From the NCBI GenBank assembly GCA_964188305.1, contig OZ076890.1: DNA of 64,000 nucleotides; one strand, given 5' to 3'. The DNA is from Podarcis bocagei. Its lineage: Eukaryota. The notes beneath the pieces were generated by a model. It saw nothing but the letters and a program-made list of their open reading frames with translations, was not told the DNA's origin and made no database searches. Each line of letters opens with the position of its first letter. Position 1 is the stretch's first letter. Below, in pieces: positions 1 through 10,675 of this stretch. The position numbers were made by a program, and so were the translations under genes.

Positions 1-593
1 TACAAGAGTTTAACTATATATTAGTAATATAAAATGCTGTCAAATACGAAACACCATTGCGTAGCAACTATGAGATATTTTCAAATATACCCATATCAAA
101 TATCAACAGATGTCATGAGCAATATTTCAGTTCGAGAAATATTTACAAAGTCAACTTCACAACCTACTGTTTCTGTCCAATATCCCTTTCCCTATTATTT
201 TTAAATTTTGCTAAACTGGGAGCAAGACAAAACAAAACATCTCAGTAAAGACAAAGACAAACATGACCAAGAAACAGCAACACGGCTGCTGACAAAACAG
301 CAAATGTTATTATTGTGAATTTATAGTAAGTTGTTGCTTAGACTGCTTTGACCATATTTATAATTAAATGGTCCATAAACAAACAAACCATTAGTGTGAA
401 TTAGTTTTATTTCTTTTTAACATGCAGTGGTTTAGGGCTGGGTGAGGTATGTTGTACACAGCAGGAACAGCAAAAGAAGACTCTCCTGTTCTTTTATTTC
501 TGTGGAAATTCAGCATTTTAGCAGCAAAGGCCTATTTTGTATTAGTTAGGATTCAAGCCAATATTGACATTGCATCTTACAAATGGCTATTTT

Positions 594-657
594 CATAGAA
601 TCATAGAACTGTAGAATTGGAAGGTACCCAGAGGATCATCTAGTCCAACCTCCAGCA
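594..657 (-). mobile_element. CR1 3'-end fragment
   Basis: CATAGAATCATAGAA followed by GATCATCTAGTCCAACC, the reverse complement of the CR1 3' terminus with (ATTCTATG)n. Confidence 0.75.
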
Positions 658-1240
658 TTCCCATATTATGGTATGCAAGCTATACAAACTGTGACCTTGG
701 GAAGAAAAGATGGAGCAAATATAGTTTTGTGATAAAAGTACAAACTAAGAACTTCAGAGTCCTGGTATGAAGTTTTGCCAACGGCTTTCTATTTGAGCTG
801 TGCCTCATTTGTCAACTTTGTCATGGAGCAACTTAGTACTTCTTCTATTCTCCACTTTGCATAATTAAAAGAATGTCCAGTCTTCAAAAGACAACCTCAG
901 TCTTCCAGTAATTTTGGTTAACTCAAATTTCAACCATTACCACTAGACGCTACCAAATAAAAGTATTTACTCCATGAGCAGTGGCTTGTCCTACAGTGAT
1001 CCTTAAAGTGTCACTTTATCCTATGTTCATGTTAAAGGCGTAACACCTATAACATACAACAAAGCTTCATTTTCAAATGCTGTAACAATTCAAAGATAAT
1101 ATTGTTGCTACAGTTTTGTGTGGATTCTATTGTTCTCTTGCTGTTTTTTCAGCTTTATATTTTTCAGCTATCTTTTGCAAGTTGCCACAAGCATATGGGA
1201 AAATGGAACAGCCATTTTTTAAAAATAAATTTTTACTTAC

Positions 1241-1440
1241 CTTGAATCTAGAAATATCAGTTTTAGATCTAGGCTTGCTCTGAACATAAACATGTTACTA
1301 TGGAGTTTGATCTCAGTGATTGCACTCGGAGGTAATGATTGACCTACAGCAACCAGCCCCACAATTTGGTAACAGGTATCATACAAAGACATATCCAACA
1401 TGTACTGACGTATCTTCAAATAGCCACTGCAGTGGATCAC
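1241..1440 (-). CDS. SIM2: SIM2 coding exon 6 (into PAS-B), 200 nt; gene continues left of the window
   Basis: Acceptor ATACCAG|, donor AAG|GTAAGT. Translates [66 protein letters not shown](R). Matches ORF track 1237..1440. Confidence 0.97.
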
Positions 1441-1537
1441 CTGGTATAATATGGGAGAAAAAAGGTACAGTTATGAAGGGGAAACGAATGACTAAGATGG
1501 CCTCTTGACAATACTGTTCACCTAAAATCTCTAGGAT

Positions 1538-1541
<4 letters not shown>

Positions 1542-1603
<62 letters not shown>

Positions 1604-1608
1604 TGTGT
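1542..1608 (+). repeat. Compound microsatellite (CT)~22(GT)~11
   Basis: Directly visible, about 100 nt from the exon 6 acceptor. Confidence 0.97.
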
Positions 1609-3384
1609 TTCCTGAGTGGTCTTTTTACAGGTGAATTGGTAATTTTAAAGCAAAAGTCAACATATACCATGTATCGCATGCCAACACTATATGACAATTA
1701 AGCTGACATTAAATTGCAAAGATCTTGACTCAACATTCTCTAGATGCATTCAGAGTATCAAATTATTTTTGTGGCCCTCTGAATATTTATTATACATTAT
1801 CTTATTATAACATAATGGTCAATGTGAAATATCCAGATAAAATTTGATTTCCTTTGCATAAACCTAATTAAACATGCATACACACAAATTTAAATTATAC
1901 ATTTGATCAACCTATGTTGAAATGCACACACAGAACACTGTTTGGTGTTTGTACCGAAGTCTTGCCATAAACAGTTATTGGCTTGGAAGGAGGGAGGCAG
2001 AGATGAGTGGTGACAGAAAGACCGACAGAAACTGAAAGACAGTAGGATTGTGTCCCATCCCCTGGGGTTGCCAACATGGAGTCCACAGGTCCTAGTAAAT
2101 AATCTGCTCAAAAATCTGCAACGCATGAGAGTCTGTTTGCTCTTTTAGCTCAGCTCCTGTTTGCACTGGTTTGGCCTCTCCTACATTGACCACACTCTAT
2201 TAAACATGCCCACATTTCACTTGAATGGACACACACCTATTCTGAACAAAGAGAGGTGCAAAGAACTTCTTTCTATGAGCAGTACAGCAGTTGCTGGGGT
2301 AGATGCCTTTTTCCACACTGATGCGACAGGGGGGACATGCACACACCATTTGGCAGTCCTGAGTCTTTTTCTGCTCTTTTAAATGTGGGCGAGTTATGCC
2401 ACACAGCGTAGAGCAGCCATTTTATGCCACCCACACCATGTTAGTCATTTTGTGGTTGGCTCTCATGGCATAATTCAGCACAAAAAGATGTGAGTGTGGA
2501 AGCACTGCACATGCAACTGGAGACATGCCTTTTTCAGAGTTTGTGATTGTGCAGACAGAGCCTATAGCCATACCATCAGTATATGAATAGGCTCGTTCAC
2601 ATGGCATGCTGAACCTTCATAGGGGTAGAAGCAATTCCATTCGCTTCTCCACATGCATTCATGATTCATTATAATGTGTGGCCTATGCATATTTACTCAA
2701 AAGTACATTCAGTGAGTTTAGTGGTCTCAATAACATGCACATGCAGAGGCTTCCCACCTTCGCCTCCTCACATTCACTCAAGGAGAGAAGAGGAGGAAGA
2801 ACTGCTGTGCAATTTCCACCTACAATCCATCTGATCCTCAGAGTTTTCAGTTATCCTTGCAAACAAGCCATTTGCTATTTGCTGTGGCAGAAGCTGCTTT
2901 CATAGAGGCTGCTGATGCAGCAAACAAATGACAGCCAAAACTGTTGCAGACTGGATTTGGGGTTGGCTTCTCCCGGGACATAGCATGAGGTAGCAAAGGA
3001 AAACACGCAACACTATGATTGTTTACTTGGGAATAAGCCCCAATGAATTCAGCAAAGCCTTCCTTTTGAGTAAACATGCACAGTATTAGGCTATAAGCTT
3101 TACTGCAAAGCATTTGCATGTCTGCACAAGAGGCTGTGGACCTGGAAGAAGGGAATGGCGAGGGGAGAGGGAGGGAGAGAGAGAGAAACGTGCATGGTGG
3201 ATGCGCGGGGGAAATGGAGATTGCCCAACAGTCCAATTAGTCAAAGGAGAAGATACAAAATACACTGGAGTTTACCTGCCTAAATAAGTTCTTTGTTTAA
3301 TTTCCATATTGCCCCATAGAGAAGCATTGTGGGTGATTCACAATAAAAAAGAGCTTTACAGAGCAAAACACCGTAGCAAGCTGT

Positions 3385-3570
3385 ATGATACCAGGCCAGA
3401 CCATTTGCCTATCTTGCCCAGTAACGTCTACTATGACAGACAGAAGTTACCATGGGTCTCTGGCAGAGGTCTTCCCCATCACTTGCTACCTAATCTTTTA
3501 ACTGGAAATGCTATTGAGAGAACCTGTGACCTTCTGTACCCAAAGCACTGAGCTATGATCCCTCCCCCAA
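3385..3570 (-). mobile_element. Degenerate tRNA-derived squamate SINE (Squam3-like)
   Basis: Minus strand ATAGCTCAGTG..CAGAAGGTCACAGGTTC..CAGTT..AGGTAG..TAGACGTTACTGGGCAAGATAGGC. Similar decayed copies at ~22160-22450, ~61435-61575 and ~63230-63320. Confidence 0.55.
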
Positions 3571-4153
3571 AGCAAGACAAAATATCCAGTTTTAGATCTA
3601 ACTCAGCTAAGAGGCCCTTTGCAATAAAGGAAGGTTTTCACTGGCCCCCTCAAAGGTAGTAAGAATAGTACAATACAAGCCTCCCTGGAAGCAAAGTTCA
3701 ATCACTGGGGAGCCTATGGCAATAAATGCTATTAATCAGAGCTGTACTTAATCTTCACCTGTGAAGTTTTAAAAAAAGAGTGGAGTGTTGCACATGCACT
3801 CATTGCTTATCTTTTTTGCATACTGTTCTTAGGTGCCTCTTTTCCCGATCTGCCACTTTAGTGCCTTTTTAAAAATGGAATCCCAGACACATACAGCATG
3901 AGGATGTCAGAGAGACAGTCAACTTTGGCTTCATGGTCATGAAGCTATATCAGAATGATGTCTTCCTGACTGCATTTTGAATAGTCAAACATTTTTGCCA
4001 TGTTTCACAAATCCACACATACCACCAAAAAAGAGTGAAGGCAAGTTTCATGATGGGGGGGGGGATTATTACAGACTCCCTTCCATTTTGGCTCAGCCCT
4101 AGCATCAGTGTCACAGATATTACTATATTACTTTAAAATATGTGTTTGCTTTA

Positions 4154-4324
<171 letters not shown>

Positions 4325-4512
4325 TCAAGACTCTTTACAATATTCCTTTTGCCATTTTAACATAGTTTTTAATATTAAACCTGTAGTGCATTTTTTTAGT
4401 TATGCTTACAAACATGAAGCATGAATATGAAAGTGATAATTAGAATGCTTGCTAAGCCATTATTTGTCACAGGCCTCATGATTTTAAGCATCCCTCAAAA
4501 CCTTAAAACCAT

Positions 4513-5510
4513 GAATTTATTTATTTTAGACATTTTTAGGCCAGTTTCTGTACCATGTTCTCTGAAATGCCATCATTCTCTCAGAAGTATCAATTTTTAC
4601 ATTTCAGAATAAACATTTTACATACTTTTAAATATCCAATGACTTCCTTTCTTCTCCTTCCATGGTTCATTTTACTTATCTTCCATTCCTGCATATTTTA
4701 CTATACCCAATTAAATCTGTTCTCTATTTTTACATTGTTCAAACATTAATCACACTGATGAATTTATCTTAATGCTGCCAGTGTTTTCAGCTGCGTGCAG
4801 TTATTTTCCATATATTCAATAAATATTTTCCACTCTTCTTTAAATATGTGTTCTTCTTGTTCTCTTATTCTATGTGTTGAGCCTGAAGTTCTGCATATTC
4901 TAGCATCTTACGTAGCCAATCCTCTTTACCTGGGACCTCACTCACTTTCCATTTTGGTGCTCACAATACTCGAGCCACTGTTGTTGCATGCATAAAAAAA
5001 CTTTTCTGACATCTGGGAATTTCTGTATGAATTATTCCCAATAAGAAGGACTCCAGTCTTTTCGGGAAGGTTATTTTAAACATTTTTTTTCAACTCATTA
5101 TAAATCATTTCCCAGTACTAATTTACTTTTTTACATGTCCACCACACATGAAAAAAGTCTTTCTGTTTCCTTACATTTCCAACACATATCTGATTCTACT
5201 TTATACATCTTAGCCAACCTATTCGGAGTTAAAGACCATCTATGGATCATTTTCAAATAGTTCTCTTTGAATGAACAACATGCAGTAAATTTCAGATTAT
5301 TTTTCCAAAGTTTCTCCCAGAGGTTTAAATCTATATTGTGCCCTTTATCTATTGCCCAGTGTGTCATTGAAGCTTTAACTAGTTCATCATTCATTTCCCA
5401 GTCTATTAAAAAGTTATATATTGTGTACAGAGGTTTATCCTTATTTTGTAACAATTCTCTTTCAAATTGTGAGCTTTGGTCCAAAAGTATCCACACTTTG
5501 AAAATGAGTT
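4513..5510 (-). mobile_element. 5'-truncated, decayed L1 (ORF2 C-terminus and 3' UTR), a different subfamily from the full-length copy
   Basis: ORF 5131..5586 reads WEKLWKNNLKFTACCSFKENYLKMIHRWSLTPNRLAKMYK..CWKCK, homologous to the ORF2 C-terminus of the neighbouring L1, with frameshifts. A-rich (TAAA)n tail near 4513-4527. Boundaries approximate. Confidence 0.85.
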
Positions 5511-5523
5511 CACTATTAGAATA

Positions 5524-5862
5524 AAGGTAAAGGGACCCCTGACCATTAGGTCCAGTCGTGCCCAACTCTGGGGTTGCGGCGCTCATCTCGCTTTATTGGC
5601 CGAGGGAGCCGGCGTACAGCTGCCGGGTCATGTGGCCAGCATTACTAAGCGGCTTCTGGCGAACCAGAGCAGCGCATGGAAACGGCGTTTACCTTTCCGC
5701 CGGAGCGGTACCTATTTATCTACTTGCACTTTCAAACTGCTAGGTTGGCAGGAGCAGGGACCGAGCAACAGGAGCTCACCCCGTCGCAGGGATTTGAACC
5801 GCCGACCTTCTGATCGGCAAGTCCTAGGCTCTGTGGTTTAACCCACAGCGCCACCCGTGTCC
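5524..5862 (-). mobile_element. Sauria SINE, full length
   Basis: tRNA-like head GGGACACGGGTGGCGCTGTGGGTTAAACCAC with B-box GTTCAAATCC and an (ACCTTT)n tail. Perfect 13-bp TSD CACTATTAGAATA at 5511-5523 and 5863-5875. Confidence 0.92.
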
Positions 5863-5879
5863 CACTATTAGAATAGAAT

Positions 5880-6597
5880 AGGTCAAAATCAGCACGTTTA
5901 AATTAACTGGAAGGTAGCGTAGCCATTTTAAAACTCCAATATGACCAGCCCCACTGTTACATTATGCAGTAACCATAGTTTCTGAACAGTCCTCAAAAGG
6001 TGTCCCACATGATGCAGTACGTTACAATACTCTAAATGCATACATGGAGAACTGTGGTCAGGCTATCTTCGTTGTTGAGAAAGATAGCAGTTGGTGTGCA
6101 ACCGTTAGCAAATGAAAGGTGCTTCATGCCACAGAGGTCACTTGGGTCTCTGAGGCTAACACCTCCATATTGGGAACCTGATTTTTCAGGTGGAGTACAC
6201 TATCACCTGACAACAAACAGAACTTCTACCGCTTCACCTGACTATAACGAACAAGAGAAATTGAGCTTTATGCTATCAAAATATTGAGAACACCCCAGTC
6301 AGTAGATTTATATAGATGCTGTTCAACACGTGGAATAAAACCTGAACAACACCATAGCATAACTCCCAATAAGCAGCCTTATAGTTGATCATCAAGGGAG
6401 CAGGAGCCCACAACATTATACACCAATTTCCACCAGCCAACCAGTTCATCAAGATATCATAGTGGATGGTACTGGACACCTCTGAGAGGTACAGGAAAAT
6501 CAACAGGATTGCAATTTCTTACTCTCTCCTGACAAAGGAGGCACCACGGTGATCAAAGTTTCTGTGCAAACCCTAACCAAAAATGGATTTAGATAAT
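5880..6597 (-). mobile_element. Old L2-like LINE reverse-transcriptase fossil, part left of the L1
   Basis: Degenerate minus-strand translations DTDYLNPF..TETL, WELCYGVVQ..LFHVLNSIY and LEYCN resemble the L2/CR1 RT motifs LDPFQSGF, GVPQG..LFNIY and LDYCN. Many stops and indels. Confidence 0.75.
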
Positions 6598-6872
6598 CAG
6601 TGTCATTCTTTTTTTTTTTTTTTTTTATAAACTTTATTACAATCACATATACTTGCGCATACAAAGAAAAAGTTGTAACATAAAGACATACAATACACAC
6701 AACACATTAAAAACACATACATCTAAAAATAGTAGGAAAAAAAAACATTACAAAGAAGAAAATTCCAATCATACCCTTACACACATTTGACTTCCCTTAA
6801 CCTCAGCTTTGGATTAAACATTCTACATTAATCTTCTGCAGTTATTTTGTTTATCTTTACATGTCGTAGGAG

Positions 6873-9800
6873 TTAAACATCGTCTACTGTTAAGTTGTTA
6901 ATTCTCAAGTTAGTCTCAAGGTAACTTATAAATTTCGACCAATCTTCTGTCTTTTTAATAGAGTTATCCCGCCTAATATATTGTGTAAGTCTCGCCAATT
7001 CCAGATATTGGTACACTTTGACCTGCCACTCTCTCATTGTTGGAGTTTCTGAGGATTTCCATTTCTTTGCTATTAAGATTCTCGCCGCGGTAGCAGCATA
7101 CTGGAAGAAAGTCTGATCTTTCTTTTTTATTTCCTCCCCAATCATCCCTAGAAGGAAAGCTTCAGGTTTCTTGGGAAAATTATACTTCAAAATTTTCTTT
7201 AACTCCTCGTAAATTTGTCCCCAGAAACCCTTCACCTCCTCACAGGTCCACCAAATATGAAAGAAAGTCCCCACCTTATCTTTGCATCTCCAGCAAGTGT
7301 TATCTGCTGTTCTATACATTCTCCCTAATCTTACCGGGGTCAGATACCAGCGGTACATCATCTTGTACAGATTCTCACATAAATCAGCACATACGGTAAA
7401 TCTCATACCTTTCTTCCATAATGTTTGCCATTTATCATAGCCTATCTCATATCCTAAATCTTTATTCCATTTGATCATTACCTCTTTAATCAACACTTCC
7501 TTGTTTTCACTTTCCAGCAATTGCCTATACATTTTGGACAGTAATTTGCTATTACTCTCCATAATCTCCACTTGAAATCTAGATTTATTTTCTCCCATAC
7601 CTATTCTCTTATGTTCCCTCCATATTGCACTAACTTGGTGTAGGTGAAACCAATCCTTAATTTTCTCTTTCAGTTCGTCCTGTGATCTTAATTTCCACCC
7701 TTCTTCTGATTTAATTAATAAATCCTCATACGTCCATCTTTTACCTATCATATTTAATTTCTTTATTTTGATGATATCCACAGGTGAAAGCCACCAGGGG
7801 GTATTTTGTTCAATCGCATTTTTCTTCCTATTCCAGACTTCCATGAGTGGTCCTCTAACTATATGGTTATGAAATCCTCTATGGACTTTGTCTTTTCCCT
7901 GCCAGAGGTAGGCATGCCACCCAAATCTTAGATCGAACCCTTCCAGGTCTAATAGATCAGCATCTTTCAGGGTGGCCCAGTCCTTTATCCAAAGTAGGCA
8001 TGCGGCCTCATAGTAGAGCCTTAGGTTTGGTACACCAAAGCCCCCTCTTTCCCTGGAATCCATCAAGTATTTGAGTTTCACCCTAGGTTTCTTCTCTTGC
8101 CAAATATATTTGGTCAGGGTTCTTTGCCAATTTTTAAAGCAGGTGGTACCTTTTATAACTGGTAGGTTCTGAAACAGAAATAACAGTCTCGGGAGGATAC
8201 ACATCTTAATCGATTCCATCCTCCCAGTCCAAGATAAATTCAATCTACGCCAGGTATTCATATCTTTCTTAATTTCCTTCCACAATTTATCATAATTATC
8301 CTCTACCAAGTTAATATTCTTTGTGGACAACCAAATTCCCAAATATTTCACCTTATTCGCTACTTTAATATCCACCTGTTGTTCTAGCTGTAATCTTTCT
8401 TGTGCTGTCAGATTCTTTATTAATAATTTAGTTTTCCCCCTATTTAACTTGAATCCGGATAATTTACCGAACTCTTCCAAAAGTTCTATCGCTCTGCTGG
8501 TGGTTTCAAATGGGTTCTCAAAAAAGAAAACCAGATCATCTGCGTAGGCTTTTAATTTGTACTCTTTATCTCCAATTCTTACTCCCTTAATGTTTGGGGT
8601 CGCTCTTATTTTATTTGTTACTGTTTCTAACACCAAAATAAACAATAAAGGTGACAGAGGGCAGCCCTGCCTTGTGCCTTTCATAATCGGAAAGTATTTA
8701 GTCAAGTTATTATTAATGATCAACCTAGCCTGCTGCTCTGTATAAATCGCCCTAATGCCCTTCAAATAAGGACCCCTTATGCCCACCTTATCAAGTTTTT
8801 GTAGCAGAAATTCCCAAGATACGCGGTCAAAAGCTTTTTCCGCATCAACAAAAATAAGGGCCGCTGGTACATCTGGTCTTGTCTCCAAATACTCCATGAT
8901 GTCTAATACATGCCGGACGTTGTCTCTCAGTTGTCTACCCGGTAAAAATCCCACTTGGTCTCTATGTATATATTTATTTAATAATTTTTTGAATCTGCAT
9001 GCCATGATGTCTGCAAAGATCTTATAATCACAGTTTAAAAGCGAAATTGGCCTATAGTTTTTTATATCTGTCTTTTCATTTTCAGTCTTGGGGATTAACG
9101 TAATATACGCCTCCTTCCAGGAGCTAGGTATCCTCCCTTCTTGAAGAGTATTATTTATTACCTCCGTTAAAGCCGGCGCTAACAAATCTACCAGTTTTTT
9201 ATAGTATTTTGCAGGTAAACCGTCCGGACCAGGGGACTTCCCGTTCTTCATCTTATTAATAGCATCCCGGACCTCTTTTTCAGACACCACATTGTTTAAT
9301 TGTGCACAGTCCTCTTCCGTAAAAAAGTTCCTTTCTTCTTGGTCTAGATAATTCTCTATTTCTACGCTGCTCTCTTCTCCTTTTTCATACAGCTTTTCAA
9401 AAAAGGTAACAAACCTATTTTCAATTTCCTCTGGGTCCTCTATCACCCTTTCATCTATAATAAGTTTATTGATCACATTTTGTTTCTTTCTTTTTCTGAG
9501 CTGCCATGCAAGTAACTTCCCCATTTTATTGGCCGACTCAAAATATTTCTGTCTCGTAAATTTAATTTTCTGTTCTACCTCTTGATTCAAAATAGCTGAG
9601 TATTGGGACTGCAGCACCCTCACCATTTGATTAGTCATTTCATCTGTCGGATCTAAAGCGAGTTTTCTTTCATGGTCCCTCAATTGGGCCAGAATGCCAT
9701 CCTTCTTTTTCTCCCTTAATTTCTTTCTGTAGCTATTTTGCTGTATTAGAAAGCCCCTTAGGACAGCCTTACCGGCATCCCATACCAACTCTATTGGAGT

Positions 9801-10628
9801 ATCTCTATTCAGGTTCATCTCCAAATATTCTCTCAGGGTTTTTTTTGCCATCTCCAGTACTTCCTCATTTTCAAATAAATATTCATTCATCCTCCACCTG
9901 AGCTGCCCTTTCAGTTCGTTTTTAATTTCCAAAATCAGAGGGCAGTGATCTGACAGGGTCCTAGGTAATATCTCACATCTCTTAACTCTCCATACCATAG
10001 CTCTAGTCACCCAAATCTGGTCAATCCTACCCCAGCTCTGATGGGGCTCTGAATAATAAGTGAACTGTTTAGTGGTGGGGTTTCGGTGTCTCCAAATGTC
10101 AACTAAGTCTAGGTTTCCCACTAACTCATTAAATGAGTTGGGGAGCTTCCCCCTATTTACGTTCCTCTGGTTCTCGCTTCTGTCTATACTCGGTGTTGGG
10201 ACCCCATTCCAGTCTCCCAATAAAATTAACTTATAAGGTTCCAATTCCAGCAGCATGCTTTCTAGTTTTCCAAAGAACTCAGTTCTTTTTGTATTTGGTG
10301 CATATACCGACACTACATTGATTCTTTCCCCTCGAAAATTTAATTGAATACCTAATATTCTACCTTCCTCATCTTTACAGATTTGTCTTGGTTCCCACCT
10401 TTCTTTAGCGTAGATTACCACTCCTTTTTTTTTATTTATATCCGAATTTACAAATTCTACTCCCAGATTTTTATTCACCAAGATGTGTCTATGTCTCTTT
10501 GCGATATGGGTTTCTTGAAAACAGATGACATCGTATTTCTTATTTCTCAAAGCTTTCCGAATTTTATTCCTTTTAATTTTCTCATTCAACCCATTCACGT
10601 TCCATGATAAAAGTTTTAAAGTGTCCAG
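6873..10628 (-). CDS. L1 ORF2p (APE endonuclease, reverse transcriptase, CCHC knuckle); start codon uncertain (CTG at 10628 proposed)
   Basis: No stops or frameshifts over ~1250 codons. Endonuclease motifs SWNVNGL, FQETH, GDWN, RIDQIW, SDH. RT motifs YRPISLLN, DAEKAFD, QGCPLSP, YADD, KYLG. C-terminal CWRC..HIWWTC. Confidence 0.95.
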   Translation of the reverse strand: MDTLKLLSWNVNGLNEKIKRNKIRKALRNKKYDVICFQETHIAKRHRHILVNKNLGVEFVNSDINKKKGVVIYAKERWEPRQICKDEEGRILGIQLNFRGERINVVSVYAPNTKRTEFFGKLESMLLELEPYKLILLGDWNGVPTPSIDRSENQRNVNRGKLPNSFNELVGNLDLVDIWRHRNPTTKQFTYYSEPHQSWGRIDQIWVTRAMVWRVKRCEILPRTLSDHCPLILEIKNELKGQLRWRMNEYLFENEEVLEMAKKTLREYLEMNLNRDTPIELVWDAGKAVLRGFLIQQNSYRKKLREKKKDGILAQLRDHERKLALDPTDEMTNQMVRVLQSQYSAILNQEVEQKIKFTRQKYFESANKMGKLLAWQLRKRKKQNVINKLIIDERVIEDPEEIENRFVTFFEKLYEKGEESSVEIENYLDQEERNFFTEEDCAQLNNVVSEKEVRDAINKMKNGKSPGPDGLPAKYYKKLVDLLAPALTEVINNTLQEGRIPSSWKEAYITLIPKTENEKTDIKNYRPISLLNCDYKIFADIMACRFKKLLNKYIHRDQVGFLPGRQLRDNVRHVLDIMEYLETRPDVPAALIFVDAEKAFDRVSWEFLLQKLDKVGIRGPYLKGIRAIYTEQQARLIINNNLTKYFPIMKGTRQGCPLSPLLFILVLETVTNKIRATPNIKGVRIGDKEYKLKAYADDLVFFFENPFETTSRAIELLEEFGKLSGFKLNRGKTKLLIKNLTAQERLQLEQQVDIKVANKVKYLGIWLSTKNINLVEDNYDKLWKEIKKDMNTWRRLNLSWTGRMESIKMCILPRLLFLFQNLPVIKGTTCFKNWQRTLTKYIWQEKKPRVKLKYLMDSRERGGFGVPNLRLYYEAACLLWIKDWATLKDADLLDLEGFDLRFGWHAYLWQGKDKVHRGFHNHIVRGPLMEVWNRKKNAIEQNTPWWLSPVDIIKIKKLNMIGKRWTYEDLLIKSEEGWKLRSQDELKEKIKDWFHLHQVSAIWREHKRIGMGENKSRFQVEIMESNSKLLSKMYRQLLESENKEVLIKEVMIKWNKDLGYEIGYDKWQTLWKKGMRFTVCADLCENLYKMMYRWYLTPVRLGRMYRTADNTCWRCKDKVGTFFHIWWTCEEVKGFWGQIYEELKKILKYNFPKKPEAFLLGMIGEEIKKKDQTFFQYAATAARILIAKKWKSSETPTMREWQVKVYQYLELARLTQYIRRDNSIKKTEDWSKFISYLETNLRINNLTVDDV

Positions 10629-10675
10629 TGTTGTCTTAGTTCTACAACTACTTTACCTCAAATCAAAAACTCAAA

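Noticed and set aside
5131-5586. 151-aa ORF as a host gene
   Set aside because: It is a chimera of the Sauria SINE tail and decayed L1 ORF2 sequence.
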